From Patescibacteria group bacterium (GTDB lineage Bacteria; Patescibacteriota; Minisyncoccia; UBA6257; UBA9933), in NCBI GenBank assembly GCA_038065035.1, contig JBBTRV010000006.1:1-58392 (forward strand): 58,392 nucleotides of DNA. Direction: 5' to 3'. The position numbers and the translations under genes are program-made. Below, one piece after another: positions 37,138-45,769 of the stretch; positions within the stretch are counted from its first letter, which is position 1, and every line of letters starts with the position of its first letter. The notes beneath the pieces are model-generated. The model saw only the letters and a program-made list of their open reading frames with translations. It made no database searches and was not told where the DNA came from.

Positions 37138-38250
37138 ATGACTACTGCGAATATAACTACGCAAAATACCGAAGAAAAAAAGATGTCGCTTTTGTCTTAT
37201 ATTATTAAAACCGAGCCGGAATCGGTTTCTTTTGTAAGGGAAGGAGATTTGATTGAGGCCGCTTTATTGTTAAAAAAGCCTAAAATAGTTTACTTTGATT
37301 TGGATAAATTCGGCACGGGTATTGTTTATGGGCTTGAATATCAAAACGCGAAAGATATTTTAAAAAGCATTGAACCCGGAGAAAAAGTGAGCACTAAGGT
37401 TGTTGCCGTAGACAACGAAGAAGGATTTATTGAATTGTCTTTGGCCGGCGCCCATAAGCAAAAAGAGTGGCAAGGGCTTAAAGAAGTAATGGAAAATGAA
37501 GAAGTTTTAACCGTTAAAATTATTGGCGCCAATAGTGGTGGCTTGCTTGCCAATATTAATAATATTAAGGCGTTTTTGCCGGTGTCGCATTTAAGCAATA
37601 AGAATTATCCGAAAATTGAAAACAGCGATAAAAATGAGATTGTCAAAGAATTGAGAAAATTAGTGAATGCTGAATTGAAAGTTAAGATAATTGACCTTAA
37701 TCCGCGCACCGCTAAATTAATTATTTCTGAAAAAGAAGCGGCCGAGGAGGACATAAAAAAATTTCTGGAGAATTATAAATCTGGCGATGTTGTTGAAGGA
37801 GTTATTTCCGGAGTGACTAATTTCGGCGCTTTCGTGCGTTTTGTCGATAATCCGGCGATTGAAGGTTTGATGCATATTTCGGAAATCGGCTACCGCTTGA
37901 TTGAACATCCGAAAGAAGTCGTCAAGCTTGACGAAGCGGTAAAAGTGAAAATTGTCGATATAAAAGACAATCAGGTTTTTCTTTCATTAAAGGCCTTGCT
38001 TCCCGACCCGTGGCTCAATATTGAAGAGAAATTTAAAGAAGGCCAAGAAATAGAGGGTTCGGTTTATAAATTCAATCCTATCGGCGCTTTGGTTAATCTT
38101 GAGCATGATTTGCAGGGCTTGATCCATGTTTCCGAATTTGGCAGCGTTGAAGAGATGAAAAAGCAGTTGGAGGCTGGCAAACAATATAAATTTACCATTC
38201 ACTCCATTAAGCCGGAAGAAAGAAGAATTTTTCTTAAGTTGACAAAATAA
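37138..38250 (+). CDS. rpsA: 30S ribosomal protein S1 (four S1 domains)
   Basis: Repeated S1 motifs (GDVVEGVISGVTNFGAFVRF, GQEIEGSVYKFNPIGALVNL). Confidence 0.8.
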   Translation: MTTANITTQNTEEKKMSLLSYIIKTEPESVSFVREGDLIEAALLLKKPKIVYFDLDKFGTGIVYGLEYQNAKDILKSIEPGEKVSTKVVAVDNEEGFIELSLAGAHKQKEWQGLKEVMENEEVLTVKIIGANSGGLLANINNIKAFLPVSHLSNKNYPKIENSDKNEIVKELRKLVNAELKVKIIDLNPRTAKLIISEKEAAEEDIKKFLENYKSGDVVEGVISGVTNFGAFVRFVDNPAIEGLMHISEIGYRLIEHPKEVVKLDEAVKVKIVDIKDNQVFLSLKALLPDPWLNIEEKFKEGQEIEGSVYKFNPIGALVNLEHDLQGLIHVSEFGSVEEMKKQLEAGKQYKFTIHSIKPEERRIFLKLTK

Positions 38251-38524
38251 AATTTATTTGTTAATATTATATATTCTGATTAGTTGGGTACTTGCGGCTC
38301 TTCTCGATTAGCGGGACGCCTTAAATTAATTACGCAGGATGTGTTTTTTTTATGGCGCAGGAGCCGCAAGCAATTTTTGAACATTAATTTTTTAATAAGA
38401 AAGGATGTGGTTGTATGGTTGATTAGTTTGTTAGTTGTTAGTTGGTCAGTTTTTTAAATTCATCCTCTTCATCTTCGTGTGAAACTTCTTTGAATCAGAG
38501 GATTTAAGGAAGGGGGTGAGTAAA

Positions 38525-38698
38525 ATGAATGAGTTTTCAAAATTTTTGATTAGTAGTGGAACTTTTCTTGCAGCCGCAATAATCTCATCTTCTAGTTCAT
38601 CAAAATTTGGTTTATGCGGAAAAGATTGTGGGCAGTGTGAAATTGATCTTGTTTGTTTAGAGAATGGCGGCGACTGCCCATCTGAATTGGTAGTTTAG
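38525..38698 (+). CDS. small Cys-rich peptide with a hydrophobic N-terminus (hypothetical)
   Basis: SD aaggaaggggg lies 9 nt before the ATG at 38525. MNEFSKFLISSGTFLAAAIISSSSSSKFGLCGKDCGQCEIDLVCLENGGDCPSELVV. Structured flanks. Confidence 0.45.
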   Translation: MNEFSKFLISSGTFLAAAIISSSSSSKFGLCGKDCGQCEIDLVCLENGGDCPSELVV

Positions 38699-38816
38699 TT
38701 TGGCGGGTGGCTAACCCTCTGTAATAGTTTTAGTGTTTCTCGAGAGACTATTGCGGAGCTCGAGAGCCCCCCAAAGTGAGAAGGGACTCATCCTCCTCTT
38801 CTCATCTTATCCTCCT

Positions 38817-38854
38817 GGCCGTGGTAGTACATTGGTACGCCACGGCCTTTTTTT
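38817..38854 (+). terminator. rho-independent terminator
   Basis: ggccgtgg ... ccacggcc followed by ttttttt. Confidence 0.6.
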
Positions 38855-38945
38855 ATTGACATCAAAATGAACATTCGCTAAAATGTATTCATACAAATTT
38901 CTTTAAATTCGTACTATGCGTAATTAATTCGTATTTCGTAAATTT

Positions 38946-40808
38946 ATGAAAAAACTTCCAGTAAATAATCTTTCGAAAAATATCTTATGGGCTATTGCCA
39001 CATTTTTAATAATCGCGATTATTTTTTCTTTTTTTTATTCCCAGCAAAATCAGGAGGCGGTTTTAAATTTAGACCAGCTGGCGCAGAAAATTAACGCCGA
39101 GGAAGTTTTAAAAATAATCGTCAGCGGCGATAGTCTGAAAATTGAGCTGAAAAACGGCGAAAAATTCACTTCCAAAAAAGAAGTTGAAGCCGGACTTACT
39201 GAAACCTTGAGAAATTACGGTGTTGACCCAGCTAAATTGCAGAAAACAAGTTTTATCGTTAAAGAAGAGTCAGGATTGAATTTCTGGCTGAGTATTTTAA
39301 TCCCGTCGCTTTTGCCGCTTATTATCATAGGCGTTTTTTTCTGGTTAATGTTTAGGCAGGCGAAAACCGGCATGAGCCAGGCATTCACTTTTGGCAAGGC
39401 CAACATCAAGCTTTTTTCCCAATTCAAAGACCGGATTACTTTTAAAGATGTCGCGGGTTTAAAAGAAGCCAAGGAAGAATTGATGGAAGTGGTTGATTTT
39501 CTCAAAAACCCCAAAAAATATCTGGAAATCGGCGCGAAAATTCCAAGGGGAGTTTTATTATTTGGCAGTCCGGGAACGGGAAAAACTCTTTTGGCACGCG
39601 CGGTCGCGGGCGAGGCCAATGTTCCTTTTTTCCATATATCAGGCTCAGAATTCGTGGAAATGTTTGTCGGCGTTGGAGCGTCTAGGGTAAGGGATTTGTT
39701 TGATACCGCTAAAAAAGCCGGCCGGTCAATTATTTTTATTGATGAAATTGACGCGGTTGGCCGGGAGCGCGGCGCGGGGTTGGGCGGCGGCCATGACGAA
39801 AGAGAACAAACTTTGAATCAAATTTTAGTTGAAATGGACGGCTTTGACAGGGATGACCAGCGGATTGTTATTGCGGCCACTAATCGTCCCGATGTTCTTG
39901 ATCCGGCGCTTTTGCGGCCGGGCCGGTTTGACCGCCGGGTTATTTTAGATTTGCCGGATATTGCCGACCGCGAAGAGATTTTAAAAATTCATTCCAGGGG
40001 CAAAGTTTTGGCAAAAGACATTAATTTGCGAAGAGTGGCAGAGCGCACTCCGGGGTTTGCCGGCGCTGATTTGGCGAATTTAATGAACGAAGCCGCTCTT
40101 TTTGCAGCCAAGAAAAACCAGCTTTTTATTTCCCAGCAGGATGTTTTTGATTCAATTGAAAAAGTTTTGCTTGGCCCGGAGCGCCGCAGTAGGGTGCTTT
40201 CCCAAAAAGAAAAAGAAATTACCGCTTATCACGAAGCCGGCCACGCTTTGGTTACCGCTTCTTTAAAAAACGCTGACCCGGTGCACAAAGTTTCTATTGT
40301 CGCTAGGGGCAGGGCCGGCGGTTATACTTTGAAATTACCGATTGAAGAAACTCACTTGCGCACCAAATCGCAGTTTTTGGCTGATTTGGCAGTTATGCTC
40401 GGAGGATTTATTTCCGAAGATATTGTTTTTGGCGATGTTTCCACCGGCGCTTCCAATGATTTGCAGAATGCTTCCGGCTTAGCGAGAAAATTAGTCACTA
40501 AATTTGGTATGAGCAAGAAACTCGGGCCGATAACTTTCGGAAAAATCGAAGAAATGATTTTTCTCGGACGGGAAATCGCTCATGAAAAAAATTATTCGGA
40601 AAGCGTGGCTAAGGAAATCGACGACGAAGTAAAAGGCTTTATCGGAAAAGCTTATGAAGCGGCAAAAAAAATTATTAATTCCCGGAGAAAAGTTTTGGAA
40701 AAAATAGCCAAAACTTTGATGGAAAAAGAAACTTTGGAACAGGAAGAATTCGCCAATATTATAAAAAGTTTTAATTTAAAGCTGGTGGCGATAAATGACA
40801 AAAATTAA
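38946..40808 (+). CDS. ftsH: ATP-dependent zinc metalloprotease FtsH
   Basis: [11 protein letters not shown], second region of homology, HEAGHA. Confidence 0.95.
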   Translation: MKKLPVNNLSKNILWAIATFLIIAIIFSFFYSQQNQEAVLNLDQLAQKINAEEVLKIIVSGDSLKIELKNGEKFTSKKEVEAGLTETLRNYGVDPAKLQKTSFIVKEESGLNFWLSILIPSLLPLIIIGVFFWLMFRQAKTGMSQAFTFGKANIKLFSQFKDRITFKDVAGLKEAKEELMEVVDFLKNPKKYLEIGAKIPRGVLLFGSPGTGKTLLARAVAGEANVPFFHISGSEFVEMFVGVGASRVRDLFDTAKKAGRSIIFIDEIDAVGRERGAGLGGGHDEREQTLNQILVEMDGFDRDDQRIVIAATNRPDVLDPALLRPGRFDRRVILDLPDIADREEILKIHSRGKVLAKDINLRRVAERTPGFAGADLANLMNEAALFAAKKNQLFISQQDVFDSIEKVLLGPERRSRVLSQKEKEITAYHEAGHALVTASLKNADPVHKVSIVARGRAGGYTLKLPIEETHLRTKSQFLADLAVMLGGFISEDIVFGDVSTGASNDLQNASGLARKLVTKFGMSKKLGPITFGKIEEMIFLGREIAHEKNYSESVAKEIDDEVKGFIGKAYEAAKKIINSRRKVLEKIAKTLMEKETLEQEEFANIIKSFNLKLVAINDKN

Positions 40809-40848
40809 ACTTTTGGACAAGGAATAAAACGAAGATGTCAATTTAGTA

Positions 40849-43188
40849 TTGAAAATGGATAAGATGAAAAAATATTGTATCTATCTTTTTTTATTAATAT
40901 TATATTTATATTTTAATTTTTTTAGGCTTGAAATTCCGAATGCTTATGGAGCTGATACTATACCTCCTTCACCGCCAACGGGATTGATTGTTCAATCTTC
41001 GGCAAATAATCAGCCTCCTGTGCTTTATGGTATCGGCGATAGAGTAAATCCTGAAGGGCGGTGGTTAATTTTCGACGTGGAGGCCACTGACCCTGATGGA
41101 GAATTTTTAAATTTCTCTGTCTCTAATCTTCCTTCTAGCGCAACTTTTAATTCTGTGAGCGGTGTTTTTCGATTTCGATGGAGGCCTGATTATAATTCCG
41201 CGGGCAAGTACTTAGTTACATTCACTGTTTCTGATGGAAAGAGTTCAGATAGCGAGATAATCACCATTACTGTGATTGATGCATATATAATAGATAATAA
41301 TACTTCGCAGTTTTCTTCTACGGGCGCATGGACACCGGCTACTGTCAATCGTGGTACATGGGGCACGGATTACCTTGAAGCAGAGGCTGGCTCGGGCGCA
41401 ATAGCTACATGGCGATTTCCTGGTTCAGCGCCAGCCGGTCTGTATGATGTGTTTGTGTATTGGACTTCGGGGGTTACTAATGTGGCCGACGTACAGATGA
41501 CCGTGCAGGCAAATTATCAAATTACGCATAATTCTGGCGTTTCGAACTGGTTTCATTCACAGCAATGGCTTACGGGCGTGTGGGTATATGCCGGCACTTA
41601 TTCATTTACTCCTAATGCTGGACAGAAAGTGATGTTGTCAGCTAGCGCCGATGGCAAGGTTACGGCAGATTCTGTTAGATTTGAGAAGAGTCTTTATCCG
41701 GCTACGCCAAACATGCATGGCAAAATTAGGGTTGCTTCGAATGGTAGAACATTTGAGTTTTCGGATGGAACGGCATTCCGTATGAATGGCATTAACTACG
41801 ATGTGGCAGGCGAGCCGGATGATGATGTGTCGGGAGTGGAAGATCCATCACGCCTTGAAGCAGTGATTGTTGAAATGAAGACTAATGGCATCAATCTTGT
41901 GCGCACATTTAGCTTTGGTACTCAAATTCAGGGAGGCCATATTTCAGATCCTGCGCTTCCGCCGGGAGCTTTTGATATGACTGTTGCCCAGATGTTGCAC
42001 GATATCGTGGGAAGATTCATCAAGCACGGCGTATTATTGCAGCCACAGTCAGGATTTGGCCATTCAAAGATTAAATTTTTTACTTCTGCCCATCCCTATC
42101 ATCCTAATAACGGCGGTCCGGCTATAGTATATGAAGATATGGGCGAATGGCCCCCAACTAATCAGGAGTTGGTGAAGTGGGTTGAGCGATTCTTTGGATT
42201 TATGATGGAGGAATTCGGGAAGAACGATGTAGTTTTTGCTTGGAGTTTAGGCAATGACTTCCATTTATCGACTAACCCGACAACCGAGTCTAAGCATGCC
42301 ACCTTTGTCAATAGCGCCACGAATATTATTAAAAGTTTATTGCCAGAGATGCCGGTTTATCTGCAGTATGGTGGTTTTCATAACTGGGAAACTGAGACGA
42401 AATTTTCCGCGCAAATTGCGGCGCCGCTCGATTTAGTTTCTACGCGTGTATATGGCCTTGGTACGCGACAAGACGGTACATCATGCACCAAGCCGCCTGA
42501 TTGCGATGTTGCAAATCCAGGACACGATGGCGAAGTATTTGTTCAGCTCGCCCGCGACCGGATTCTAAACCAGCTTGGCAAGCCGTATCTCGCCGGTAAG
42601 CCGACCATCATCGGCGAGGGCGGTTATGGGCCCCAATACAAGCCAACGACGGCCGAAGCCAAACAAAAGGTAATGGCGTATCTGCATTGGGCCACGCTAG
42701 CCAGCGGCGCCGCTGGACCAGCGTGGACATGGACGTTCCGCCACACGCTCATAGTGGACGATCCTACTTATTGGCCGGCAGTACTTAATGCTTATAAAGC
42801 TATCGGGCGCGCGTTGAATTATTTGCCAACCATCGCGCCAGCGCAGGTAATGACGGCGACAATCACTTCCAGCAATCCAGACGTGGATGCAATTGGTACA
42901 TGGTACGGAACTACCTTATTTACCTGGCTTATGCATAAGGACAATGTTTTGGATAGCCAGAAGGTGATTCTTGGAAAGTCAGTTTGGGACAACACAAATG
43001 TTTCGCCGCAACTGACCATCTCGGCTAATCTTCCGCCTGGTCAATACAAACTGCTTTTTCTTGATCCTCTCACAGGTTTTGAAGTCGGTTCTTCAAAGGT
43101 GTTGAATATCTCTAGTTCGGGACCAATCGTGGTGGATATTCCTTCGTTTCAGAATTCGCTTGGACTCGTATTGAATCCAGCTTGGTAA
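40849..43188 (+). CDS. secreted multidomain protein: Ig/cadherin-like + golvesin-C-like binding domain + TIM-barrel glycoside-hydrolase-like domain
   Basis: Signal/TM region, then a DVEATDPDGE...FTVSDG Ig-like domain. IIDNNTSQFSSTGAWT...ADSVRFEK follows, then NGINLVRTF...WSLGNDF. Visibly more G+C-rich than its neighbours. Start is uncertain (TTG 40849, ATG 40855 or 40864). Confidence 0.6.
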   Translation: MKMDKMKKYCIYLFLLILYLYFNFFRLEIPNAYGADTIPPSPPTGLIVQSSANNQPPVLYGIGDRVNPEGRWLIFDVEATDPDGEFLNFSVSNLPSSATFNSVSGVFRFRWRPDYNSAGKYLVTFTVSDGKSSDSEIITITVIDAYIIDNNTSQFSSTGAWTPATVNRGTWGTDYLEAEAGSGAIATWRFPGSAPAGLYDVFVYWTSGVTNVADVQMTVQANYQITHNSGVSNWFHSQQWLTGVWVYAGTYSFTPNAGQKVMLSASADGKVTADSVRFEKSLYPATPNMHGKIRVASNGRTFEFSDGTAFRMNGINYDVAGEPDDDVSGVEDPSRLEAVIVEMKTNGINLVRTFSFGTQIQGGHISDPALPPGAFDMTVAQMLHDIVGRFIKHGVLLQPQSGFGHSKIKFFTSAHPYHPNNGGPAIVYEDMGEWPPTNQELVKWVERFFGFMMEEFGKNDVVFAWSLGNDFHLSTNPTTESKHATFVNSATNIIKSLLPEMPVYLQYGGFHNWETETKFSAQIAAPLDLVSTRVYGLGTRQDGTSCTKPPDCDVANPGHDGEVFVQLARDRILNQLGKPYLAGKPTIIGEGGYGPQYKPTTAEAKQKVMAYLHWATLASGAAGPAWTWTFRHTLIVDDPTYWPAVLNAYKAIGRALNYLPTIAPAQVMTATITSSNPDVDAIGTWYGTTLFTWLMHKDNVLDSQKVILGKSVWDNTNVSPQLTISANLPPGQYKLLFLDPLTGFEVGSSKVLNISSSGPIVVDIPSFQNSLGLVLNPAW

Positions 43189-43211
43189 TACATTTTTAAA
43201 TTTAATTTTGA

Positions 43212-43796
43212 AATAAGGAAAAGTTTACTAATATTGTCAAGGGATTTCATTTATCACCAGAAAAGATAAAAGAATTTCAATCTAATGAGAGGAAAATTGA
43301 GAATTATCGGGAAACTTGCAGGAAAAGACGCAAAAAAATTTTCAGTGAAATCTATAAAAAAGAAAAAGCAATTATTTTTCCCTTATCTAAACGAGATTTA
43401 TTTATTGCAGGATTTTTTCTTTATATGGGAGAAGGTGGAAAAACTAAAGAAAATGAACTTGTTATTTCAAATACAAATCCGGCGATAATAAAAATTTTTA
43501 TTTATTGGCTTAAAAATTGTTTTGGAGTCAATAAAGAAAAAATAAAAATCAAATTGCATCTTTATAAAGATATGAATATTAAAAAAGAAATTAATTTTTG
43601 GATAAAAGAATTAAATATTGAAAAATCGCAATTTATTAAACCATATATTAAAAATTCAAATAAAAGTTCTTTAACTTATAAAAATGGCTTTGGACATGGC
43701 ACTTGCAATGCAGCGATTTATAATGGCATTTTAGGAAAAAAAGTATTAATGGGGCTAAAAGCGATTGAAGATTATTTTAATTTACGGTATAAATAA
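43212..43796 (+). pseudogene. LAGLIDADG-type homing-endonuclease-like ORF, 5'-truncated or non-ATG start
   Basis: The frame is open from 43212, but the first ATG is at 43425, inside the motif RDLFIAGFFLYMGEGGK. The track splits it into two overlapping ORFs. A possible ATT start at 43233 follows aaggaaaag. Confidence 0.4.
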
Positions 43797-43812
43797 TTAT
43801 ATTTATATTCAT

Positions 43813-43886
43813 GCGTCCATAGCTCAGCTGGTTAGAGCACGGCTCTTATAAAGCCGGGGTCGATGGTTCGAATCCATCTGGACGCA
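43813..43886 (+). tRNA. tRNA-Ile (anticodon TAT)
   Basis: gcgtcca ta gctcagctggttagagc a cggct ctTATaa agccg gggtc gatggttcgaatccatc tggacgc a. Confidence 0.8.
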
Positions 43887-43900
43887 CATTTCTATTTTCC

Positions 43901-43975
43901 GCGCGCTTAGCTCAGTGGTAGAGCGACTCGTTTACACCGAGTAGGCCGGGGGTTCGATACCCTCAGCGCGCACCA
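43901..43975 (+). tRNA. tRNA-Val (anticodon TAC), CCA encoded
   Basis: gcgcgct ta gctcagtggtagagc g actcg ttTACac cgagt ... agcgcgc a cca. Confidence 0.85.
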
Positions 43976-43978
43976 ATA

Positions 43979-45205
43979 ATGTTTAAATTATTTAAAGATT
44001 ATTTTATTAATCCTCCCTTTTGCGACGACTGCGGGCCTTTGCCGGTAATTCATTGGCAGAATTATTTTAATTCCCTACTGGAAAATATTTTGCCTGATAT
44101 ATGCTTACCTAACTCTTTTAATTATTTTATTGAAAAATCATTTATTGATTTATTTTGCCTATTAAGATTAGTTAAAATTGAAGAAAATTCTAATCACTCA
44201 AAAATTTCTTCAAGAATTTCTTTGCGGACAACGGTTTTTATGTGCGAAGCGGAAAAGCGAGGGATTAAATTTTCCGCTTTAAAAGGCCCGGTTGGCTATT
44301 TAAATTATTTTTACATGGCCATTAACGGCAAAAAATATTTTTTTGAGGGCTTACCAAGGGCTGAATGGTTGAGTAAGAAATCGATTCATCGGATTGACGA
44401 TAAAATATTTATTAAAAATGAATTAAAGAAAATCAATGCGCCGATAGCCGAAGGAGAATCTTTTAATCATTTAAATTGGAGGACGGCCTTGAAATACGGC
44501 AGGCAATTGGGATTTCCATTAATGGTAAAGCCGCGCAACGGCTCGATCAGCCATCATATTACAGCTGATATAAAAAATGAAAATGAATTAGAAACGGCAA
44601 TTCGCAAAGCTTTGCGATACTCCCCCTTTTTTATTGTTGAAAAATATCTGGATAATATAAATGTTTATCGGGCAACGGTTGTTGATGAAAAACATATTGC
44701 CTGTGTTAAGCGCGTGGCGGCGCATATTATTGCCGACGGCAAGCATTCAATTGAGGAATTGATTGAAATTAAAAATAAAGACGCGCGGAGAGGGTTGCCT
44801 AGGCAAAAAAACACCACTTTATATAAATTGGTAATTGATAAAACGAGCGAATTATTATTGGCTGAGCAGGAATATGATTTTGACTCTGTGCCGAAAAAAG
44901 GAGAAATAATTTATTTTCAGGAAAAAGTGATTCTTGATTTAGGGGCGGACTTATTTGAGGTTTCATCAAAAATGCATTTTGATAACATTGAATTATTTAA
45001 AAACATCGCCTCTTTATTTAGCGTTAAATTGGCTGGCATTGATTTTATTGCGGAAGATATCGGCAAGTCATGGAAAGAACAGCAATGCGCGGTGATTGAA
45101 TTAAACAGCTTGCCGTATATTGATATGCATCATTTTCCCACTTACGGCGAACCAGTAGAAATATCCAAACATCTTTGCGATATGGTTTTGAGGTATTACT
45201 CTTGA
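43979..45205 (+). CDS. stand-alone ATP-grasp ligase resembling the N + ATP-grasp domains of cyanophycin synthetase
   Basis: GFPLMVKP..., VAAHIIADGKHSIEELIEIKNKDARRG, AGIDFIAEDI and VIELNSLPYIDMHHFP run parallel to the CphA G-domain blocks. No Mur-ligase-like M domain. Confidence 0.75.
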   Translation: MFKLFKDYFINPPFCDDCGPLPVIHWQNYFNSLLENILPDICLPNSFNYFIEKSFIDLFCLLRLVKIEENSNHSKISSRISLRTTVFMCEAEKRGIKFSALKGPVGYLNYFYMAINGKKYFFEGLPRAEWLSKKSIHRIDDKIFIKNELKKINAPIAEGESFNHLNWRTALKYGRQLGFPLMVKPRNGSISHHITADIKNENELETAIRKALRYSPFFIVEKYLDNINVYRATVVDEKHIACVKRVAAHIIADGKHSIEELIEIKNKDARRGLPRQKNTTLYKLVIDKTSELLLAEQEYDFDSVPKKGEIIYFQEKVILDLGADLFEVSSKMHFDNIELFKNIASLFSVKLAGIDFIAEDIGKSWKEQQCAVIELNSLPYIDMHHFPTYGEPVEISKHLCDMVLRYYS

Positions 45206-45282
45206 CAGATTTAATAAAAATCTGTATTATTTGCTTCAGTAAATAAATTTTTTAAAATTTAAAAAGAAAGGAGGTGATTGAA

Positions 45283-45672
45283 ATGAAAAATATCATCTTA
45301 GGTTTATTTTTGGTATTGATTTTTGCCACTGTCGCGGTGGCGGAAATTACAGGACCAATGCCTTGTCCCGGACAAGAACAACATGCAGTAAAAGTTGTTC
45401 GTGGACCTGCGGGACCGCGCGGATCGCAGGGCGCGCGAGGGCCAATCGGGCCGGCCGGACCACAAGGAGAAATTCCTTGGTGGCCACTGGCATTGGTGGC
45501 TATTGGCGGAGGTTTGCTAGGGGGAGTAATTGTCGCGGCTTTGAATAGGCCACAACAACCACCTCCGGCACAGCCAGTTCCTCAACCAGTTCAGCCGGTA
45601 AACATTTTTAATAATGTTTTACCGCCGGTAGCTGGACAACAGCCACCCCAACAGTCAAATCAGCCACAGTAA
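45283..45672 (+). CDS. small collagen-like-repeat membrane protein
   Basis: SD aaggagg upstream. Signal peptide, then 7 G-X-Y triplets (GPAGPRGSQGARGPIGPAGPQGE), a Gly-rich TM helix and a Pro/Gln-rich tail. Confidence 0.6.
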   Translation: MKNIILGLFLVLIFATVAVAEITGPMPCPGQEQHAVKVVRGPAGPRGSQGARGPIGPAGPQGEIPWWPLALVAIGGGLLGGVIVAALNRPQQPPPAQPVPQPVQPVNIFNNVLPPVAGQQPPQQSNQPQ

Positions 45673-45694
45673 TGTGGTTGATGACTTATTTTTT

Positions 45695-45736
45695 AAGGAG
45701 AGTGTTTGTCATTAGACAACCTCTCCTTTTCTTTTT
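45695..45736 (+). terminator. terminator of the collagen-like gene
   Basis: aaggagag ... ctctcctt followed by ttcttttt. Confidence 0.55.
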
Positions 45737-45769
45737 GGCAAACATTTTTTATTTAACACTTATTGACAA

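Noticed and set aside
43285-43488. 67-aa track ORF upstream of and overlapping 43425..43796
   Set aside because: It is out of frame with the LAGLIDADG-like reading frame and low-complexity (Lys-rich). It is probably a shadow ORF.
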